From the sequence record SRR2962707_2599: 64,000 nt of DNA; one strand, given 5' to 3'. Every line of letters begins with the position of its first letter. Position 1 is the first letter of the stretch. Under the pieces are notes generated by a model that was not told where the DNA came from, did no database searches, and was given only the letters and a program-made list of their open reading frames with translations. The position numbers were made by a program, and so were the translations under genes. This document shows, one piece after another, positions 57,946-64,000 of the stretch.

Positions 57946-60039
57946 CTATACAAGCGCGATCTGGTCCTCTCCCAGCATAGAGAGCTGCGTGTTCAGCAAT
58001 GTCAGGCTGACGCCCTGATCCTCAAACTGCACATGGGCCCCGGACTGATGAAACTGTGCCAAAGCCTCGGCTTTGCTGGCATAGCCAAAATCGGCCAGAT
58101 GCAGCGTGTCCCAGGCCTCGAAATCTGTCACCCTGTTGTCCCCGTCCGTATCGGCATCAAAGACAAAGACATCGGCATAGGCGCCGCCGGTCAGATCATT
58201 GCTGCCCCCGCCGCCAGACAGAGTGTCATCTGTCCCTAATCCACGGACAAACGCCTCTAGCGGCTCTGTTGTGGCGCGCGTAAATTCCTGACTTTGGGCA
58301 AAGCCCCGCACCACGTCCTCGCGCGAGGTGCCGCTGTTGAGCTGCCCGACCCAGTCGGCACGGCCCGCCGCATCCGCCGCCCGGTCCAAGACGTTCAGAT
58401 AAAGCCGCTCGACAAAGCCGGTATTGCTCAGCGCGCCATAGGTGTTCTGAAACTCCGTGCTCGCCACGAAACCGGTGACCACGCTTAGATACTCCCGGCC
58501 CGCACCCAACAAGGACATCCAGCTGCCAAAGCCCGCGGCATCGGGTGCCCGGTCCAACGTTGCCTGATACAGCCGATAAACGTCATCCGCCCAGATCGCC
58601 GCGACCCCGCTTTGGGTATACCCCGTAGACGCCGCTTGGGTGGCGGTTATGAATTCCTGACTATTGGAAAACCCTAAAACAACCTCGGCCCGCGATGTGC
58701 CGCCGTCTAATTGCCCAACCCAGTTAGACAAGCCCCCGGAATCTGCGGCTCGGTCCAAGACGTTCAGGTACAGCTGCTCCACAAAACCTGTGTTGCTGAG
58801 CGCGCCATAAGTATTCTGGAACTCAGAGCTTCCGACAAAGCCAGCCGCCACATCCGCCAAGACAGCCTGACCCGTGACAATCTGCGTAACCCAATCCAAA
58901 TGTCCCGCTCGATCCGGCGTGCGATCCAGCGTGGCCTCATAAAGGCGATAGACCTGCGCACTGACCACCGGGTCATGACCAACCTCTAGCGCATCGCCGA
59001 TCAAAACATCTGCGCCCTCAAACCCGATCACTTGATCTGTGCCACCGCTCCCAATAAGCCAATCATCCGTACCAGCCCCGGCCAGGACATTGTCCTGACT
59101 GTCCCCCGTCAGAAACAGGCGCGCCACAGCATCCTCAGCAACCCCATCAACCTTGGAATTTTCGCCCGATATAGAGACTGAATACCGCATCACACCATTT
59201 ATACCGTCCCCTTCAAAGGTGACTGCATAGGTGCCATCCGGCAATTCCATCTGATACCCGCCAGACGCCCATGTGGTGGTGGTAAACACCCCACCTGTCC
59301 CGCTGGCTGTGACAATGATGCCCCCCAATCCTTCGCCCAGATCATAAAACCGGTCGCCATCCGCATCATCGAGCACAACACCGAGCACCTGAGTTTCATA
59401 GTCAAAACGCGCGCCAAAATTCTGTGTCACCACAAAGGGACCCACTGAGGTGGCGCTGCTTGTATCGGCAATCGCAGCAATTCCGACCTCGGTCAGCTCT
59501 GCATTCAGAATCGTGTTGCGATGACCCGGCGGGTCCTGAATGCCATCGCCCAAATTCTGCCAATCCGCTTTGCGCACCGTGCCGTTAAAATCTTCATCGT
59601 CATACCCCCAGTCGATGAAAAAGCCCGCATGTCCGAAAACCGGGTCTTCTGTGTAAGCGTAAATATTCTCTCCGACACGTCCCCAGTTTACGTAGCCCGC
59701 CGCTTCGATACGCGCGCCCAGGCGCAGCTCACCTGGCAGGTTGTGAGATTGTTCATCTTCGCTGATCATCAGGTTAGAGTGGGTTTCCGCCGCTTGAGCC
59801 AATGCATCATGCCAAGCCAAAGGCGCAATCGCGGCCATCCCCTGAAGCTGACTTTGAAACGTGGCGAGATCGACGCCAAAGAAACTCAGCACCGAGGTGA
59901 TGTTGTCTTGTACGGCCGTGCCTGAATTGGCATCGCTGATCAACGCATCAAACTCGCCTGCAGGGTCAAGACGCGCCCTGTTCAGCAGCTCAAGCATATA
60001 TTGCTCAAATTCGGTGGGAGCTTGGGTTACAATTGCCAT
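57946..60039 (-). CDS. CAP (SCP)-domain plus DUF4214 plus RTX surface protein
   Basis: EQYMLELLNRAR...HS..M....QSH...GENI...GHRNTIL (CAP); VYRLYEATLDRTPD and VERLYLNVLDRAAD (DUF4214-like repeats); T1SS-like C-terminus; start at ATG 60039 after AGGA. Confidence 0.85.
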   Translation of the reverse strand: MAIVTQAPTEFEQYMLELLNRARLDPAGEFDALISDANSGTAVQDNITSVLSFFGVDLATFQSQLQGMAAIAPLAWHDALAQAAETHSNLMISEDEQSHNLPGELRLGARIEAAGYVNWGRVGENIYAYTEDPVFGHAGFFIDWGYDDEDFNGTVRKADWQNLGDGIQDPPGHRNTILNAELTEVGIAAIADTSSATSVGPFVVTQNFGARFDYETQVLGVVLDDADGDRFYDLGEGLGGIIVTASGTGGVFTTTTWASGGYQMELPDGTYAVTFEGDGINGVMRYSVSISGENSKVDGVAEDAVARLFLTGDSQDNVLAGAGTDDWLIGSGGTDQVIGFEGADVLIGDALEVGHDPVVSAQVYRLYEATLDRTPDRAGHLDWVTQIVTGQAVLADVAAGFVGSSEFQNTYGALSNTGFVEQLYLNVLDRAADSGGLSNWVGQLDGGTSRAEVVLGFSNSQEFITATQAASTGYTQSGVAAIWADDVYRLYQATLDRAPDAAGFGSWMSLLGAGREYLSVVTGFVASTEFQNTYGALSNTGFVERLYLNVLDRAADAAGRADWVGQLNSGTSREDVVRGFAQSQEFTRATTEPLEAFVRGLGTDDTLSGGGGSNDLTGGAYADVFVFDADTDGDNRVTDFEAWDTLHLADFGYASKAEALAQFHQSGAHVQFEDQGVSLTLLNTQLSMLGEDQIALV

Positions 60040-60150
60040 ATCATTCTTCCTGCTTTGTCCATCCGACAGCCAGCTGCTCTTGTTTGGAGCGGAAGCTAGC
60101 AGGGACAAGCGGATCAGCAAAGCACAGATCCCCCGTCAGCAAGGCCTCGC

Positions 60151-62874
60151 TTAAACCACGACCATCGCATCGCTGATATCCGCTGGGGCCCAGCCCAGAA
60201 AAGTCACGGTGACCCCTTGGTCCTCAAACACAGCGCCTTCGCCCTGCGCCGTCAGATGGCGGCGCATATCAGCGGCATTGTCATAGGCGAACCCCTCAAA
60301 GAGCAACTGATCCCAAGCTTCAAGATCCACCACAATCTGACGAGACGCCTCTGAGGCGCGAAAGACAAACTGATCAGACAGTATCCCGCCAAACAACACG
60401 TTCTGACCGCTGCCCCCGTCCAGAGCGTCGCCCTGACCTATGGCGCGCATCCAATCGGCACAAGGCGCTGCCGACAGACGTATGAATTCGGGGCTTTGCG
60501 CAAAGGCCTCCACCACCTCTTCGCGGCTAAACGCCCCGGACGCCAAACGGGTCAGCCAATCATGAAGCCCCGTCGCCTCCGGGGAGCGATTCAAAACATT
60601 GTTGTACAGCAGCGTGACAAAACCTTGGTCTGACAAGCCGCCATACCGCCCCTGAAACTCAGCCGAGCCGACGAAACCCGACACAGCAGCCCCAAAAGGT
60701 AAGCCCCCCGCCAGCCTATCGCTCCAGTCCAGAAAACCATCCAAGTCAGGATTTCGGCCTAATGTCGTTAAATAGAGCCTAAAAACATCATCCGCAAAAT
60801 CCGCCTGCAGCCCAGACCGAGAGACCTGCATTGCGCTGACCTCGGTGGCCTGAATGAATTCCCGGCTTTCCGAAAAGCCAACCACAACCTCTGCACGGCT
60901 CCGCTCTGCGCGGTTCAGCAAGCCAGTCCAATAGGCCAACCCGCCCGCGTCCGGCGCACGGCCCAGCACGTTGTTGTACAACAACACCACAAATTGTGCC
61001 GAGCTCGCGCTCTCATAGCTGTTTTGAAATTCAGGACTGTCAACAAAGCCGGAAGCCACTTCTGTCAAACTTTCTGGCGCGTGGATCAGCTGGTCTTGCC
61101 AGTGATAGAGACCGTGGAGATCGGGAACCCGGTCCAGCGTCGCCTGATACAGGCGAAACACCTGCGCTGCGCTGGCGTCAAATGTTGAATGCCAGCCTTC
61201 GCCGGTTAACCAGTCATTGCCCGCCTGCCCCTGCAGAATATCCCCCGCGCCGCCACCGACCAGCGTATCATTGCCCCCCCTCCCTTCCAGATGATCCGCC
61301 TCATTCGTCCCTTGGTACAGCCCATCCAGCGGGTTTTGCGCGGTGGGAACCACATGCCACAGGTCGCGCAGATCGGAAATCCCCAGGTCCTGCAATTCTA
61401 GCGGACGGCGGTCTGACGTGCGGATGATCAGTCGCTCATCGCCCAACCGAATGTCTGCACCCGTCGAGGTGGTTGTGAACTCCAACGCCTCTTTGGTATA
61501 GAACCGTCCCATGCTCGACAGATCCATCCGGTCGAGCCCAGGTTCGAAATCTGCGATCTGATCGAGACGCCCGTCGGTTCCAAAGATAAAGACATCTGCC
61601 CCAGCCTGCCCCCAAAGCGTATCGGCCCCCGCGCCATCCATCAAAATGTCTTGCCCCGCACCGCCGCGCAGCAGATCATTGCCCGCCCCGCCAATGATCT
61701 GATCCCGCCCATTCGTGCCTGAGTATTCGTTACGATTACTGCCCAAAATGACGGTATCGCCAATGTCTCCGATATCCACTCTGAGTTGGGTCACCCCAGA
61801 TCCCGCATCTGTTTGTCCTGCAGCTACCCCGCCCGCCACAAACAGATCGATCCCGTTGTCACGCGCCCGCATCTCTAGGGCTGTTGGATTGCTGAGAGCA
61901 GACACCGTGTCATCAACAAAATGCCCCAAGGACAGCAACCGCCCCCCCGGCAGCAAGGTCATTAATTGAAGGCCGTCCTCTCCTCCGCCAGCTGCAACAT
62001 AGGTCTGGCCATCGATTTCAAGCACCTCCAAGACCCCAAGCGCCCCAAAGCGCGTGGTCAGATCATCATTGACCTGATCGGTCACGTGCAAACCACCGTC
62101 TGCGGCCACGGCCACAACGGCGATGGACCCGCTGCCCGCAGCTCCGATCAACGCATAGGTTTGCCCCGCGACTTCGGCCATGGCCAAGCTTGTCGCGATA
62201 TTGATCGCCAGCCCGTCGCGCGTGTCGATCCGGGCCACCAGATCAAGGTCCCCATTCGCCCCGAGCCGCAGACTGGTCAGGCGATCACCGGCCGACAGCG
62301 CCAGAACATAGGTTTGCCCACCAAGATGTGCTTGGCCCAAGGCAAAAATATCGTTGGCGCGAAACACTTCGGACTGAGAGCCTGCCTCCAGCGCGCGCAA
62401 GCGCTCCTGTCCTTCGCGCTGCCAGACCTGTAAACCTTCGGTGTGACGCGATGTGGTGACAAAAAGCTGTCGCCCCCCGACGTCGACCACCTCAAGCGCC
62501 AATAAGGCTCCCGGCTCATCGCCATGGCCGGTCATTGTCAGGCTGAACCGGGACTCAATTTGCCCGTTTTCCCGCAGCCAATAGCCTTCGACCTCTGCGC
62601 CATAGCGCCCAGTGGCCAAAACAGCCTGCACGCCATCGATATCAACGGCGGTGAGCTGGCGTGGGGCATCCAATCCTCCCCCAGCGCTGTAGGTTTCGCT
62701 ATCGCTGGCCCGCAGGCCACGCGCTGGATCCCGCACAAGCACCCCCCCGCCTGCACCGCCGGCGGTATAGAGCTGCGGACCACTCGACGTCTCCAGCACC
62801 AGCATATCGCTCAGCCCGGTCATATAGGCCCGCGGTCCAGCTGTCTGTGTCACGATATGGGTGATCTGTACCAA
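60151..62874 (-). CDS. Beta-rich N-terminal domain plus RTX plus DUF4214 surface protein
   Basis: Probable TTG start at 62874 after AGGAGG; GGAGNDLL repeats; VFRLYQATLDRVPD and LLYNNVLGRAPD repeats. Confidence 0.82.
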   Translation of the reverse strand: MVQITHIVTQTAGPRAYMTGLSDMLVLETSSGPQLYTAGGAGGGVLVRDPARGLRASDSETYSAGGGLDAPRQLTAVDIDGVQAVLATGRYGAEVEGYWLRENGQIESRFSLTMTGHGDEPGALLALEVVDVGGRQLFVTTSRHTEGLQVWQREGQERLRALEAGSQSEVFRANDIFALGQAHLGGQTYVLALSAGDRLTSLRLGANGDLDLVARIDTRDGLAINIATSLAMAEVAGQTYALIGAAGSGSIAVVAVAADGGLHVTDQVNDDLTTRFGALGVLEVLEIDGQTYVAAGGGEDGLQLMTLLPGGRLLSLGHFVDDTVSALSNPTALEMRARDNGIDLFVAGGVAAGQTDAGSGVTQLRVDIGDIGDTVILGSNRNEYSGTNGRDQIIGGAGNDLLRGGAGQDILMDGAGADTLWGQAGADVFIFGTDGRLDQIADFEPGLDRMDLSSMGRFYTKEALEFTTTSTGADIRLGDERLIIRTSDRRPLELQDLGISDLRDLWHVVPTAQNPLDGLYQGTNEADHLEGRGGNDTLVGGGAGDILQGQAGNDWLTGEGWHSTFDASAAQVFRLYQATLDRVPDLHGLYHWQDQLIHAPESLTEVASGFVDSPEFQNSYESASSAQFVVLLYNNVLGRAPDAGGLAYWTGLLNRAERSRAEVVVGFSESREFIQATEVSAMQVSRSGLQADFADDVFRLYLTTLGRNPDLDGFLDWSDRLAGGLPFGAAVSGFVGSAEFQGRYGGLSDQGFVTLLYNNVLNRSPEATGLHDWLTRLASGAFSREEVVEAFAQSPEFIRLSAAPCADWMRAIGQGDALDGGSGQNVLFGGILSDQFVFRASEASRQIVVDLEAWDQLLFEGFAYDNAADMRRHLTAQGEGAVFEDQGVTVTFLGWAPADISDAMVVV

Positions 62875-63065
62875 AACGTCCGGGCCTCCTGCTGCGTGAA
62901 GGGAAAGATGACACACAACTTGGCCAGCCCGCGTGATCTCGGTGGGCAAAGAATTCGGCAAAAACGCGGAGTTTATGCGCAATTTAATTCAGCAGCGTAG
63001 GGACATGGTTGCGCAGGGTTCAGCTTTACGACATCAAAGTCGCACCCCTGTGAATGCCTTGGATC

Positions 63066-64000
63066 ATGTCTGCAGAAATACCCGCCCCCCCCCGGATCAC
63101 CATCTTATTGTGCACCTATAACGGGGCGGCGCATCTGAACGCACAGCTGGCCTCCTATGTCGCGCAAGATCACGATGATTGGGATCTTTGGGTCAGCGAT
63201 GATCATTCAACTGATGACACCTGGCAGATCTTACAAGCCTTTCAAAAGGCCGAAGGCCATCGCCGCACGGTGCGCCTGCTGCGCGGCCCCGGCAAGGGCG
63301 GCACGATAAATTTTCTATCTTTGCTCTGTCATCCCGACCTGCCTGACGGGCCCGTCTGCCTGTCTGATCAGGATGATGTCTGGTTGCCACATAAACTGCA
63401 CCGCGCCTTAGACGGGATAAATTCAGGCGGATCAGTCACGCTTTATGGTGCGCAATACCACCATACGGACGCAGATCTGACCATCATTGGGGCCTCGCGT
63501 CTGCCACGCCACGCGCCCAGTTTTTCCAATGCCTTAACCCAGAACATCGTGAGCGGTCACAGCGCCACACTTAGTGCCGGGGCCCTTCAGCTTGCCCGAA
63601 GCGCCGGGGTGCCCAAGGGGGTGCCCTATCATGACTGGTGGCTTTATCAGCTGATCACCGGTGCTGGAGGCGATGTGGTGATCGACACGGAACTTGTGCT
63701 GAAATATCGCCAGCACGACAACAATGTGATGGGCGCCAATCAGGGACTGCGGGCAACTCTTGAACGCATCGGTCAGGTTTTTGGGCATACCTATGGTGGC
63801 TGGCTTCAGGCGAATATGGCCGCGTTGCGCACCTGTGAGAACCTATTAACCTCAGAGAACCAGGCCGCGCTAAAAACTTTGACAAACACACCGGTAAGAC
63901 CTGGCCTTGCCCGGCCCTACCGCTTTCGCCAGCATGGGCTTTATCGGCAAACCGCGCTCAGCACCCTGTGTTTGTATCTGGCCGCAGCCTTGGGGCGTGT
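63066..64000 (+). CDS. GT2 glycosyltransferase (rhamnosyltransferase-like), stop codon beyond the window
   Basis: Not in the ORF track. MSAEIPAPPRITILLCTYNGAAHL..QL.S...WVSDDHSTD, LSDQDDVW, HDWW, YRQHDNN. Confidence 0.85.
   Translation, partial: MSAEIPAPPRITILLCTYNGAAHLNAQLASYVAQDHDDWDLWVSDDHSTDDTWQILQAFQKAEGHRRTVRLLRGPGKGGTINFLSLLCHPDLPDGPVCLSDQDDVWLPHKLHRALDGINSGGSVTLYGAQYHHTDADLTIIGASRLPRHAPSFSNALTQNIVSGHSATLSAGALQLARSAGVPKGVPYHDWWLYQLITGAGGDVVIDTELVLKYRQHDNNVMGANQGLRATLERIGQVFGHTYGGWLQANMAALRTCENLLTSENQAALKTLTNTPVRPGLARPYRFRQHGLYRQTALSTLCLYLAAALGR

Overview
Alphaproteobacterial DNA, most likely Rhodobacterales/roseobacter, almost wholly devoted to cell-surface glycans and the proteins that bind or process them. 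(1) 0.8-25 kb: Wzx/Wzy-dependent EPS cluster with only the backbone half of the succinoglycan pathway (exoY, exoA, exoL, exoM, exoF, exoP, exoQ-like, flippase), plus three sulfotransferases, three acyltransferases and two GH16 glycanases. (2) 25-31 kb: RTX subtilisin/kexin-like protease and a NodT-type outer-membrane factor. (3) 31.5-57 kb: kdsD-kdsB-kdsA-glmM operon and a divergent capsule/O-antigen-type cluster (several GT4s including a 1375-aa triple-GT4, sulfotransferase-like proteins, epimerase, ugd, gmd, manC, manB). (4) 58-64 kb: two tandem DUF4214/RTX surface proteins and a GT2. Most notable: homologues of both gene-transfer-agent (GTA) adsorption modules lie in this glycan region with no other phage genes. 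They are the head-spike pair (ghsA/ghsB-like, 1-468) and a DUF2793 tail fibre (54554-55645), and they share an 18-nt motif 36-37 nt upstream of their start codons. A 690-bp non-autonomous Tn3-family cassette (38-bp inverted repeats, 6-bp target duplication, nested inner repeats, one membrane-protein passenger) is inserted in a terminator hairpin at 57223-57912. No rRNA, tRNA or CRISPR array was seen. All family assignments come from motif recognition by eye; no searches were run.
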